Source of the DNA: the human T2T-CHM13v2.0 reference genome, Homo sapiens
Assembly (NCBI RefSeq): GCF_009914755.1
Contig: NC_060929.1
Strand: one strand, 5' to 3'
DNA: 64,000 nt
Of this stretch, positions 40,386 to 53,790 are shown in pieces; within the stretch, counting starts at the first letter, position 1, and every line of letters starts with the position of its first letter. Below the pieces are notes generated by a model. It ran no database searches. It was given only the letters and a program-made list of their open reading frames with translations, and was not told where the DNA came from. Made by a program: the position numbers and the translations under genes.

Positions 40386-42724
40386 AGCCAGAGTTAAATC
40401 TTGAATGAACAGCAAATTCTCAAGTTGAGAGTAAGTATGGATTATATATCTTCATCACTTTCTCAGATTAATTATATATTTTTAAGCTGAATTAATGTTA
40501 TGGGCAAATCAAAAGAGATTGCTTAACTTGGAACAAGTACTAAATGAAATCACAACCAGTAGTTTTCTTGTCTCCCTAGTGGATGCTATAATGGAAATGG
40601 ACAAAGGGTCTGTGTATCGGATGTCAACATACCATGCCAAGAAGCCATGTAAATGCACCAAGAGATCCTGTTTTTGAAGTCTCCTCTTTAACACACAGAA
40701 TCAAAATGGCAACATCCATGATGGAGAAGGAAGAGGGTCCCCAGCCCTTACCAGCCAGGAGAACTCTGATGACATTCAATGTGCAGTCATGCCTTGGCAT
40801 CAGAAACCTCAAGGGAGTTGGCTTTTTTTCCATTATGGTCATAGTCTGGTAACAAATCATCTGTTTAAAAATGTAGAGCCATGTTTATTTCCTTACTTCA
40901 TTTCAAAGTGCTTCTCTGAGATAACTGATAAAATGCAATTCATCTTCCAAGGGGGGAAGAAAAACCTGTCAGTGACAAGAAAACCCAAATTTGAAATTAG
41001 AAACACAAAATCCAACTTAGCCATGCTGTCTTTTTATAAAATTAAACTCAAAGAAAGAACTGAAAGTTACTTTTTGCAGGAGGAATATTTTGTAAGGACT
41101 GTACGAATAAACAACACCAGGTATAAACCTGAGGTTTGCAAGGTTTTAAAATACTGCTCCATGTTGTAGCTATGAAAACATGAGCAAGTGAACTGAAAGA
41201 AAGCTTCAGTTGCATATCAGGAGCACATTACATGGGGCGTGAAAAATAGACTCTAGTAACCATTGCTCAGTACAAGAAGCAGCACCTACAGAAAAGAGCA
41301 AAGAATTTATGCTATAAATAAAATACAGAGCCTCAAATACAAAGCTGTGAGAAGAAGAGAATAATTTTACTTGCTTAATGGAAAGTATATTCAGGACGTT
41401 TATTGTTTTTACTCTTGCTTTCTCTCCACAGAATATATAACTCGAGCTCGTGTTCCTGTCCCAGGAGAGAGAGATGACCCTCTTCTTGGTGCTTTCCCAC
41501 TTTAGTTTTCATCTTCCATAATTTACGAATAAATGCATAAAATGGAAATGGACTTGAATATGACACATGATTGAAAAGAATGATGTGGAAGTGCCTGGCA
41601 GAAAAGCAAAAATGTATTAAATGGTTGAATTTACTTTCATTGATCACTTCGTATGCCCTAGACCCTGTATTAGGCACCTTACATAGATGATCTCAGGTTT
41701 TTTTAAACAAAGAGGCTTTTAAAAATTACAATGAAATCAAAATGACAACAATAGAGTTTAAGTAAAAATTTCAGTACAAAAATGATATGCAAGAGCAGGA
41801 TATGTCACAAAACCACATAGAAAACAAGAGCTTTTCTATGTTCAGTCAATAATCAGCTGGGCAGGAATTAATTTAACAAATGTTTATTAGTAACCTGCCA
41901 CAGGCAAGCCGAAGCACTGCATTAGCTGTTGGGTTACTAAGACGGGAAATCAAGACAAGTAAGAAAGGAAAGCTGCACCATCAGAATACATACGAAGAGT
42001 GAATTGGGAGACACTGTTTTTTGGTTTTGTTTCCATAGACTGTAATGGTAATAGCGTCCAGCAGTTCAGTACTCAAAAACAGACTAGTATTTACTTCTCA
42101 ATTAGATCATAAGTTCCCAGGAGGCTGCAACCATGTCTTGTAGGCCCATTATCCCCAGCACAGTCCTAGATATACAAGCTAGTTTATTGAGTATTGATAT
42201 TAGAAACTAGGAGATCCTGGTATACTTAATAATCAATGTTCAAGATGTTTTAAATCCAAGATAACCAAATGGGGTTTTTGGTCACCCCAGTTACAGGGCA
42301 CGATTTATCTTCAACTATGAAGGAAGTAATACATTGACAAACACCATCACTAAGGACCCAGTTACAGTGTGGAAATGGGCAAAAAGAGATGAAGTGCTTT
42401 CAGTTTTTCCAGCAGTTATCATCAAGGGGAGAATATTGCTTTAAGGCCAATACATATTCCCCAATGGTCATAGTTGCTCCATTTTATATGGTATCCATTC
42501 AGCATTTTTTGGCTTCTTTGGCCCAGAGGGGAATTGGGAATTCAAGCCAGTCATTTGAGAATCCATGCTGTGCTACAGAGAAATCCTGCTGGTATCCCAT
42601 GGCTGTGTTGCTGCTGGTCCTGTTAGCTAAGTCCTTCCTGGCTCAGCAATGTTGTGTTACACTACACACAGCTGTAGGTAGAGGATCATGCCAAAAACCA
42701 ACAGTCAGGGTGTTTTTATAGACC

Positions 42725-42970
42725 TAACATTTACTCAGTGTTCATAATATGCCTGCAAATATTCTAAGCTCTTTACATAGATTGATTCATACAAGCCTCA
42801 CACCAACCCTATTGGATGGGTACTGAAATTATCTCCAGTTTAAGATGAAGAAACTGAGGCAGAGAGACATTAGGAAACTTTCTGAAACCCACACAGCTAT
42901 TAAAGGGAGACACTGGGATATAGATCCAGTCTCTGAGGTGCCTAAGTCCAGAGTCTCAACTGTCCTACAC
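42725..42970 (-). mobile_element. MIR SINE
   Basis: ATTATCTCCAGTTTAAGATGAAGAAACTGAGGCAGAGAGA...CACACAGCTATTAAAGGG. Confidence 0.8.
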
Positions 42971-43137
42971 TTTATCAGACTTCAGAGGTCCCTGCCACCA
43001 CATCACTTTTGCTGAGGGCCTCCGCTCCTGCTTACTGGAATCCCTGGTCTAACAGCCACCCCACTGTTCTCTACATGCCTGCTACACAGCACTGTGGGAC
43101 CTAAGCACTTACATCCCTTCATTCCACTTTCTTATCC

Positions 43138-43862
43138 TGATATGGTCTGGATCTGTGTCCCCACCAAACCTCACGTCCAGTTGTAATCCTCAGTGTTGGA
43201 GGTGGGACCTGGCAGGAGGTGACTGAATCGTGGGGTTGGATTTCTCATGAATGCTTTAGCACCACCCTTCTTGGTACTGTCCTGATAGTGAGTGAGTTCT
43301 CATGATACCTGGTCATTTAAAAGTGTGTAACACTTGTTGGGCGCAGTGGCTCATACCTATAATCCCAGCACTTTGGGAGGCTGAGGCGGGTAGATCACCT
43401 CAGGTCAGGAGTTTGAGACCAGCCTGGTCAACATGGTGAAACCCCATCTCTACTAAAAATACAAAAATTAGCCAGGCGTAGTGGTGGGTACCTGCAATCC
43501 CAGCTACTCGGGAGGCTGAGGCAGGAGAATCACTTGAACCCAGGAGGCGGAGGTTGCAGTGAGCTGAGATCGTGCCACTGTACTACAGCCTAGGCAACAA
43601 GAGAAAAACTCCACCTCAAAAAAAAGTGGGTAGCATCTCCCCCTTCTCTGTCTTGCCCCTGCTCCAGCCACATAAGACGTGCCTGCTCCCCCTTTGCCTT
43701 CCACCATGATGGAAAGTTTCCTGAGGCCTCTCCAGAAGCTGAGCAGATGCCAGCATCATGCTTCCTGTACAGCCTGTGGACCTCTGAGCCAATTAAACCT
43801 CTTTTCTTGATAAATTACCCAGTCTCAGATATTTCTTTATAACTGTTGAACAGACTAATACA
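43138..43862 (+). mobile_element. MSTA MaLR solo LTR (interrupted by an Alu)
   Basis: TGATATGGTCTGGATCTGTGTCCCCACC...GACTAATACA; perfect 5-bp TSD tatcc at 43133-43137 and 43863-43867. Confidence 0.93.
43335..43621 (+). mobile_element. AluS (Sq/Sx-like) nested in MSTA
   Basis: Full Alu; degenerate TSD aaaagtgtgtaacac / aaaagtgggtagcat derived from the LTR sequence. Confidence 0.95.
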
Positions 43863-44922
43863 TATCCTTAATCCTTTCTTTCCACATCACCCCATGTGTC
43901 ATGTGCCCACTGCATACCTGCCATACTTCTACCAGCAGCTTCATACTACATCCTGTGGAATACCCTGTTTAATCTTCAAACCCTTTCTCAGGAGCATTTT
44001 CAAAGTAGGGACAAAAAAAGAGGGTATAGATACAGAAACATATCAGACAGATGCAAAAATAAAAGAAGGTTTGGTGCAATTAGATAAGCACAATTCCTTA
44101 ATTTTCTTTGCCAGTGATAAGATATATTGATGATACATGAATATATTCCAAAGCCTACTGGTGAGACAATACCTATGTTACATAAGGGAGTGAAAATAAA
44201 AGTTAGTAACTAGGGATCTTCAACACCAGAAACACCATAAAAGACACTCTGTGTAACTGTTGAGACAGGCCTTCATGTTCTTCATGTTTGTAAAAATATG
44301 TCCCTGGTATGATAAATATCACTCCCAAAAGTCACTTTGAAAAATTCTGAAACTGCTTTCCAGACTCATTCATAAAGAGTGTAAAAAATTTACCGTGCAC
44401 CACAGTCAGCATCAATGACCACGGAAGGATGATCAATCCATTCCCATAGCCTCCCCAGCTGGTGATGTGGGGTGGGCTGGGCTGCTGGGGGAAGTGCTGC
44501 ACTCAGGCCAGACACAGCAGGCTGAGAGTGTGGGCACATTAACATTTCTCTGGACAGAATCTCTGGACTTCACCTTTTCCCTTCCTGTTCCTGGATGATA
44601 TGCTATTACACATAAACTCAGAAGTGTAGCATTATTTATCTCTGCATTTCTCACCTGAAATGTTAGTCTTTGCCTTGTTATTATCAATTCCACCACTAGC
44701 ATAGGTGGCTCCATAAACTATAAAGGGAGTAGAGAGAGAAGGTTGAAGTTACTGCAGGGTTTGATGTCATTTCTTTACTAGGTAGGAAACTAGACTTATG
44801 ACTGTCAGGTGTGTTTTTATTATTTCACTTGTAAGGAAATAGGAGGCTCTGAGAGAGGTTATCTGTGAATGATCATCTCCAAATGGGCTTATATATTCTC
44901 TTCTGTTTCATTCAAAATTAAG

Positions 44923-45057
44923 TAGAGTGACCATATAATTACTTATCGTCCAAGCCAAAACACTTTTGACAGTAAAATAAGGCATGATTAATAATTAAGT
45001 CAGTATAACCAGTATACCAGAACTATCTCAGACAAACTAGGCTGGATGATTACCCTA
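44923..45057. mobile_element. MER94 (hAT-Blackjack) MITE
   Basis: TAGAGTGACCATATAATT...ATCGTCCAAGCC...ATGATTACCCTA; terminal inverted repeats TAG(A)GTGACCAT / ATG(A)T(T)ACCCTA. Confidence 0.8.
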
Positions 45058-46284
45058 AAGCTAGGCAAAATGCTTTTCTACTCAGAACTGAGCCTGGTAG
45101 AGTTTATCATTGGTGCTCTCTCCACAGGAGCTGGGCCACCTGACCAATATTTCATGTGATGTCCACACTGGCTACAACCACAGCATCTCCTTCACCACTA
45201 ATACAGTCTCCATCATTTATTCTCTCTTGTTATTAACATTCAAAAATATGGCTGTCCATGTAAGTATGTATTAGCTTGAATTGAAAATATTTATTATTTC
45301 CCTGGCTGACTTACATAATATGGCCAATCATCCCTGAGTTCTCTTTGCAGAAAACTAAATGCAGTTTAATTGCATGGTTTATTTTGCAATTTTAGTATCA
45401 TTAACTCAGCAAGCTCGTCACAGAGTCAAAAAGAGTGATCAACCAATACATTCACTACAGCTAACACCATGGATGGGAGTGCCCAGTACATCAAGCTTTG
45501 ATTTCTATTCCCTGGGAAGGTGAAAATGAAAGTTGGGCAACTACTTATAGAATTGAAACAAGCTGGATGAATTTGTCTTTTAAATCATCCTCACTATCCA
45601 AAGCATGGAGATCATTACAGCTCAAGAAATGAATGAGTGTTCATTCTGCATCAAATTCTCACAGTATCTCGCTGCCATCATAATCTAATAATTTAATACC
45701 AATAGATTACCAATGTACAGTTATTTGACCTATTGACATTTTAATTTTAACCGGTTTGTAAAACGAAAATGTCTTCAAGGCCCACAGAAATAAATCTCCA
45801 TATGAATGACTTCAGATATTTGACCCACACCAGTATTCCTTGAATCATTATTACCCAGGGAAGAACACAGTGTTTGATTTGATGTGACCCAACTTGCCTG
45901 TAAAGACACCTGACCATCTGCATCTCTGGGAACCAACTATTCCACATAAATGAATTACCAAATTTTTGAAACACACCTATTCAGATGCTAAACATCATCA
46001 ACTCATTCTCCAACTTCTTAAAAAATTATTAGTAGCTTTCTAAGGGAAAGTGACTATAAATTAACTTTTCTTGAGTTTCAGAGTCATCTTTGTGAGCCTT
46101 CATCATAGTATTTCTGCAGCAATACCCTCAGTGCCTGCTTTTTTTGTGGTGGTGGTTGTTCTCTTTCCACTCAAGGTCAGCTGTCACTTCTACTGTTATT
46201 AAGCTTCCTTCTAACACTATGTCAACTCCTGTCCTTCTCATTTATTGCTGCAAAACTGCCAAGTGGTCAAAAACTAAATGTTGA

Positions 46285-46587
<303 letters not shown>

Positions 46588-49500
46588 AAAAACTAGATGT
46601 TGAATATAATTAAGGATGGATTGTTAAGAAACAGTCACTTGGATACCATCTTTGTTTTTCTCATTTTGGATTTGGAACTAAGTTGTCAAAAATTCAAAAC
46701 GAACCTTCTAAGTAGACTGGGACTATCGTCCCTTACTGAGTCTTCCTTCTAGCCCTTTCTGTGAAAAACATGTGATTTTCTTTTCTTACTTGTTAGCCAT
46801 TTCCTAGCATTTTGTGATTTTTACATCTCTCTTGTTAGTTGAATAAATCCAAAATACAGGGGGTTTTTTCTCCATTTTTTACACTATATTTTAAGAGCTT
46901 CACAAGAATAAGAAAGTCAAAAGACGAAACAGGTGAAAAACCATTTCCAAACATCTGGTCTATTCAAAAGAACTACAGAAAAAGAATCACGATTGCCTGA
47001 GCTGGGCTTCAAGACGATCTGAGAGGGAACAGAAAACGAATGCACACAGCTGCCAAGCGTTCCATTTCAACCTCATCTTCCAAATTTCAAAATTCCTGTG
47101 CTTGAGGCAAAGTCATGCCAAATTCCCTCATGTCCTAACATTAGGCATTCCTGAATTACCTTTGTCTTGCGTTCTCCTGAAAATAGCATCATAGAAGGTC
47201 CAGAACGCTGATAAAAACAAAATAATGACTGGCACCCCAGGCTGAATTACACAGATCACGGGATTCCATCAATGTGAACTTGACTGTCACTGTCATCTCT
47301 CCCAACATGCATAAACCAGAATGTCATCAGCAAAACAAGGCAGAGAACAGAAGTAATTACCTGGCTAATTCAAACAGAAATAAATGTCTCTTGTTTTGGC
47401 TACATTACTAAGGGAATCCAGGCAGAAGTGTCTCTCCTACCTGGATTCTCTAAGCAATTACCTCAAACATCCACTTCATTACGAAGCCTGTCAAAGAATA
47501 TCCAGTCCTCAAATTTATAAACAATAGTATCTCTAAGCAAATTACTGAAGTAACATTTAAATCTAGCTGTCGATCCCTCCAAGGTAAAATTCATAGCATT
47601 TTATTCTGCAGCTAGCTATGCAGAGGAGGGAAATGGCTGAAAGAAATGCTAAAATCCCAAGCACAAATTTGCTATAGAATTAATATCACAATTTGTCACT
47701 GATAATGAAAGCATATAAAACAGGTCCTGACAGCACGTTATTTCTGTTGCAGATCATTCTTTATAAAATCCAAACAAGGTTTTCCCTTGCAACCATGGAA
47801 ATTATTTTTTCCTTAAATTTACAAAGCAAAATAATATTAATATTGTGGTTAGTAGCCATCTGCTGCATGAGAGTCCTGTGCAGTCATTAGTCTAAACTGA
47901 TGGCATTGTGGCAAGCTGCCACCTCCCAAGAGGCTAGCCTCTAAAACCCATCAGCATCTTGCAATTAGTCTCAAATCCGAGAGGGCAAACCGCAAACCCG
48001 GAAATCGGCTCTACGGGAAGATCCATGTCATTAAACTCTGTTCTTAGATATTGAACCCCAAAATATTGTCATACCCCAGTCTATATTCAGAGCCATGCAT
48101 CAGCCAGGCCAGTCAAATGGAGTCACCGGGCGGCAACAAATAAACATGAGGCATTTGGGTCCAATGCCAGGTCCAGCAGAGAAACTAGCGACCTGTATTC
48201 CACTCAACAACAGTGGTTTTCACTACAAAGTCAGAAGAGGATCAAGCTGTGAGGAGTTCAGCTTATCACAAAATCTCACTGAAGTCACTGTAACTTTTAG
48301 GTTTAAAAAAAAAAAAGCCACAGAGGCAGCAACATGCAGAGGAATTCAAAGGAGGTGTGAACTAAGTAATATTTCTCACACGGTCTCCACCATAAAAACT
48401 TGCACCAGAAATATCTAAATTTAAATGTTTCATCCAGTAGGCTCTGTACTCTCTTGCCATTTTTACTAGCCTGTTCTAATGATTTTCATTTAGAAATGCA
48501 AAAGGATGCTGTATTTTTAATGTTTAATCAATCTTCAAGAACTCTGTATGTTTGTAATCATGGGCCATATGAATGCTTGCAGAGTAAGACACGTGCCCAA
48601 AAATGATTTAGCAAGATGCACTGTAACTGCTTTTCTCTGGTATCATAATCACATAATCATTTTCTTTTTGGGTAGCCTAGATGCTCCAAGCAGTGGGTGG
48701 AAAGGGGGAAGAAGAGGTAATAAGGAATGAAGAAATCAAACTAGGATGTCACAGTTAAATGTAATCTTGCAATACTTATGCAGATAATTCAAGTTCCACC
48801 AAACATTTTGTCTCATATAGAAGTTTATGGAAAAACTTGAGTGTAGGAACAGGGGGATGCATGTGATAGAGCTGGAGCATAAACTAACGTATACACAGAA
48901 CAAGTCACGCTGTGAGAATCTACTTGTTTTCAGTATAAAAATGATGTTTTTTGATAAAACTTATGTGGGGCCTAAATGCATTTGTAGATAAACGCACAAA
49001 AAAAGTAATAAATGAAACCACCATCTTTAAGCACACCATATAACTTGCATGCACTTATCCAAAACCCTCATTGACAAACTGTCAGAGATGTTTTAAAAAG
49101 AAAAAAAAAAGACAGTGCAGAGGCATGTAACATTGCACAATGTATTAGACTAATCTTACATGTACCATCAGTTATTTAAAATAAAACTCTTAGAAGAATC
49201 ATCCATTTAATTTTGAACTGTCATATAAAATTATCAGGTCTTCCCCCTTGTCTCGTGGCATCTTGAAGTTCTGAAGGAAACTGAGGAGAGGCAAGCTTCG
49301 TGCTTCCTTCTTCTTCCACTTTAAGTAAATATCATATTAAAATGAACAAAAAGCAAAATGAATCTTAAGAGATGAAAGGCTGAGCTGTGAGGATCAGGTA
49401 GAGACAGGAAGAGTTTACCACCCATTGCAAGAGGTGGTAGAAATACTAATTAACTAGTTGGATGTCATCATATCAGTAGACAGGGTTTAGGCTCCAAGCA

Positions 49501-49809
49501 CTACAATTCACTGCTCAGAGCCAATCTCTCCAAGGCAACAGCCCCAATTTGCTATACAATAGGGTAGCTCTGCACTTATTTTTCACCAAAAAAATCGTAT
49601 TTTGCAAAATAAACAGCAAACTAGCAGAAACCTTACCCTCCTCTTCTATTGCATATAATCTCTCACCTCCACATAAAGCCATGGGATTCTTTCCTGCCTT
49701 ATCAGCTGCAACTTGGGTCATATTCATATCTAAGAACAGAAAGTGTCAACACAACCATTTGAAACAAATATGATACCTGAACCTCATTAAATATATTGAG
49801 TTAAAATCA

Positions 49810-50030
49810 CACGCAAGATTTGGGTTCAGCTGTGACCACTGGCTGGCTCAGTGACTTAGACACGTTATTTAGTCTCTCTGAGATACATGTTACTTATCAA
49901 TAAAGTGAGATTATAAATAAAGTGAGATGAATGACTTTAGAAAGTTTTCATGGGAATCAAAAAGGCAACTTATAAAGCACTGCTTGTGTTCCTGGCCCAT
50001 AATAGGCACTCAATAAATGGAGTGATTATT
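49810..50030 (+). mobile_element. MIR SINE
   Basis: GATTTGGGTTC...GTGACTTAGACACGTTATTTAGTCTCTCTGAG...CCTGGCCCATAATAGGCACTCAATAAATG. Confidence 0.75.
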
Positions 50031-50207
50031 GTTGTTCAAAAACACAAAGTTCTAAGTTTTCTGAGAATTTTAGGGTCTTGTTTTTAAGTTAGAGACAAGT
50101 AAACTATAAGAATAAGCTTTTCAAAACAAAGAGCTCAGGATTTAGAAGTTTTCATCTCATCCCCAGATTCTGTTTCTAATAGTTGAAGATAAAGTACTCT
50201 TGTGTCT

Positions 50208-51474
50208 ACTATAAAACGACTAGAAGAAAACAGAGAAAACACTTTGGAACACTGATCAAGGCAAAGAATTTATGGCTCAGACCTCAGCAGCACAGGCAAC
50301 AAAAACAAAAATAGACAAATGGGACTGTATTTAACTAAAATGCTCCTACACAGCAAAGTAAACAATCAATAGAGTAAAGAGACAACCTGTTGAATGGGAG
50401 AAAATATTTGCAAACTAGTCATCCAGCAAGGGACTAATATCTAGAATACACAAGGAATAAAAATAACTCAACAGTAAAAAATTATAATAATTAAAAATGG
50501 GCAAAGGATGCAAACAGACATTTCTCTAAAGAAGACATACAAATGGCCAATAGGTATACGAAAAAATATGCTCAACATCACTAATCATCAGGGAAATGCA
50601 AATTAAAACCACAGTGAGATCTCATCTTAGCCCAGTTGAAATAGCTATTATTTAAAAGATAAAAAATAACAGACAGTAAGAATATAGAGAAAAGGGAACT
50701 CCTATACACAGCTGGTCGGAATGTAAATTAGTACAGCTGCTATGGAAAACAGTATGGAGATTTCTCAAAAAACTAAAAATAGAACTACCATATGATCCAA
50801 CAATTCCACTACTGGGTATTTATCCAAAGGAAAAGAAACCAATATGTCAAGGGGATACCTGCACTGGCATGTTTATTGAAGCACTACTCACAATAGCAAA
50901 GATGTGGAATCAATTTAAGTGTCCATCAATGGATGACTGGATCAAGAAAATGTGGTATATACACACTATGGAATACTATTTGACCATAAAAAATGAAATC
51001 AAGTCATTTGCGGCAACATGGATGGAACTGGAGGTCATTATGTTAAGTGAAATAAGCCATGCACAGAAAGACAAATATCACATGTTCTCACTCATATGTG
51101 GGAGCTAAAAAAGTTGATCTCATAGAGGCAAAAGTAGAATGATAGTTACCAGAGGATGCAAAGAGTGTGGACAAGAGGGGAGACGAAAAGAAGGTTGAGA
51201 GGTTAGTTACTGGTTACAAACATACAGTTAGATAGAAAGAATGAGTTAATAACATTCAATAGCACAGAAGCATGACTATGGTTAACCACACATGTTATAT
51301 ATTTCAACACAGCTAGAAGAGAGGACTTGAAATGCCCCCAACACGTGGAAATGACAAATACTGGAGGTGATGGATACCCCAAATATGACTTGCTCATTAC
51401 ACATTTTGCATGTAACAAAATATCATATGTTCCCCATAAATATGTACAAATATTATATATCCATTTAAAAAAAC
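50208..51474 (+). mobile_element. L1MA-type LINE, ORF2 3' end plus 3' UTR
   Basis: CTAGAAGAAAAC...GACAAATGGGACT...CATGTTCTCACTCATATGTGGGAGCTAAAAA; ORF 50869-51108 translates to L1 ORF2 C-terminal/UTR-like MFIEALLTIAKMWNQ; L1MA 3' UTR (AGCTAGAAGAGAGGACTTGAAATG). Confidence 0.93.
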
Positions 51475-51689
51475 CCTTGTTTCTAAATCAATTCTAACTT
51501 CAAACAGTAGATTCTTGTTCAGGACTCTTAACCTGTCTTGAGTTTGCTTGCCCTACCTGAAAAAATGATGGCCAATGTAAATGCACCCTCTACTGAAGAG
51601 AACTGGAGTGAACATGCAGAGGAGTAATGGACATGAAGCATTTTATAATCTGGATAGTGCTGTATAACACAGGCTATTACATTGGGCAG

Positions 51690-51920
51690 CGATGTGCCGC
51701 GCTGATGTGGGGTGCCAGAGTTCAAAGCTCCACTCTGCTACCCGCTGGCAGTAGCAGTGTGAGAAGCCATGGACATTAAACTCTGTAACTCTCCATTTAC
51801 TCACGGGCATGATAAGAATGATTACTTCACAGAGCTGTCCAAAGAAACAAAAGAATATGAACAAAAACTTTTAATACATCGCCTGGCACACTGTAAGTGT
51901 TCAATAAAGATTAGCTACTA
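51690..51920 (+). mobile_element. MIR SINE
   Basis: GAGTTCAAAGCTCCACTCTGCTAC...GCCTGGCACACTGTAAGTGTTCAATAAAGATTAGCTA. Confidence 0.7.
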
Positions 51921-53364
51921 AAACGTATTATGGACCTTTTTGGTTTACAAAATATTGAGTTCCTTCTCCACTTTGCAATTAGAAATGTTTCATTTGTATT
52001 GCTTTCGTTTTTTTAAAGGTTAACTGATTATTAGCAATTTTGATAACCACTAAAAAATGTCAAAACATCCTTTAAATGTCTTTATCTGCATTCTTAAGAC
52101 ATCATGGTTTGTGATATTTTTCAAAGACTTATATCCCTGATTTTTAATGGGCTTAGTGAAATCTCATACATGGTAATATTCATGGAGATATGTGATTACG
52201 CTTATAAAGACTTTACTAGTCATAGAAACAGTAATAATCGCTTTCCTCAAATTCTTAAATCTTACAAAGAAGTACCAGTTCATATCACACTGTAATACCA
52301 ATTAATAAAAAGGCATTTTAACGTATTCGATGCCTCATTAAGAAAAATCAGCTTTCCCTGTGGTTGTTCTTCAAGACTATTATTCCAAATCCATAATGGG
52401 CAGCGACAGTTTCAACAGAAAGAGCTTTCCTTTGTCCCCCTAGTGGTCACATGCAAAATAACAATAGGTAAAGAAAAGGCTTTCAGAACTGCTGGAGTAA
52501 AAAGCCATTCAACGCCTTCATTCTACAGAAGAAGAAACTAAGGCCAAGAGATGAGGACTTGGCCAAAACTACACAATTTTTCAGCAAGCCATCAGCATAT
52601 GAAAAAGGCTTTTGGATATTATGAATATTATGACGTCTGGAAAGATACCCCAAAATAGACTTACCTAAGATTTTACAATTTTCTTGTCAATTGACACTAA
52701 GAAGCTTTATTTCCAGTTTTCTTTTGCCTTCTCAGAGAGATAATAAGTACAGTTTCCCAGGGGCAAAGATAAGACCTCAGCTGTGACCAAGAATTCTGCC
52801 TGAATCCTTGGTGAAGGATTCCTTTTTGAGGAATAAAGACTACCCCTGAGGGTTGAGAAGTGTACAAAGATAGCTCTCCACAGAAAAGACCAGCAAGAGT
52901 CAATGCATCTTTTCAGATGGCCAAGGGCCCACAATGAATAAGACATAAAGGTCAATAAATAAGTTAAATTCAGTTTTTCTCAACTTTAAGGTACCCCCAA
53001 ATAGGGAAAAATTGGAAGCAGGCAGGGTACACACATGGCAGAAGATAAAACTGAATTTTCTTAATTTGAGAAAAAGAAAACTTATTTGCATTATTAGTAA
53101 GCCTGTGTTAGCCCAAAAATTTAACAAAAGTACAGCTTTTGTTTGAACATAAATTAAGGAACTGAAGCCATTATCCAGATATTTTGAGGCAAATAATAAA
53201 GAAGACAGTCACGTAACACCCAAAATATGTTTATCTTAAAATTAGAAATTTCAGACTAGAGCAGGTTTCAATTTTTACATCACTTCACATAGATTCCACA
53301 GAAAGTTCTGTCAATCTGGAGGCACCTACATGATGATTATGACCACAGGAATTCACCTCAAAGT

Positions 53365-53575
53365 GTATGTTCAAACCTCAGCTCAGACGCATACTAACTG
53401 CGTGATCTTAAGCAAATTACTTTACCTCCCATTCCTCAGTTTCCTTATCTACGCACAAGAATGATAACAGTATCTAGCGCATAGGCTGTCAGAGGATTAA
53501 ATGTGAAAAATATACATGGCGAACAAGTACTTGGCACATTGTATGTATGCAGTAAATATTAGTTACTGTTCTTAT
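53365..53575 (+). mobile_element. MIRb SINE
   Basis: GTTCAAACCTCAGCTC...CTAACTGCGTGATCTTAAGCAAATTACTTTACCTC...CCTCAGTTTCCTTATCT. Confidence 0.8.
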
Positions 53576-53649
53576 CAAAATATTAAGGAACCCATTTTCT
53601 ATACTTTAAGCCTGAAGAGAAAGCAAAGATAAGCAGTGAATAAAAGTAG

Positions 53650-53790
53650 CTTCAGACTGGATCATGGGAGACATGCTAGTCTGGCCTCTCTAGCTCTAAT
53701 GAGATGTCTGACTTCGGAGAAATCTCTCAACTGGTGTGATCCTTGTTTTCTTATCTGCAAAAAATAAGAGGTTGGATCCAAGTTCACGAA
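53650..53790 (+). mobile_element. MIR3/MIRc fragment
   Basis: GACTGGATCATGGGAGAC...TTTCTTATCTGCAAAAAATAAGAGGTTGGA. Confidence 0.55.

Noticed and set aside
49899-49928. AATAAAGTGAGAT direct repeat
   Set aside because: Small slippage duplication inside a MIR; no sign of function
50869-51108. ORF resembling the L1 ORF2 C-terminus
   Set aside because: Remnant of a truncated, mutated L1MA; not a functional CDS
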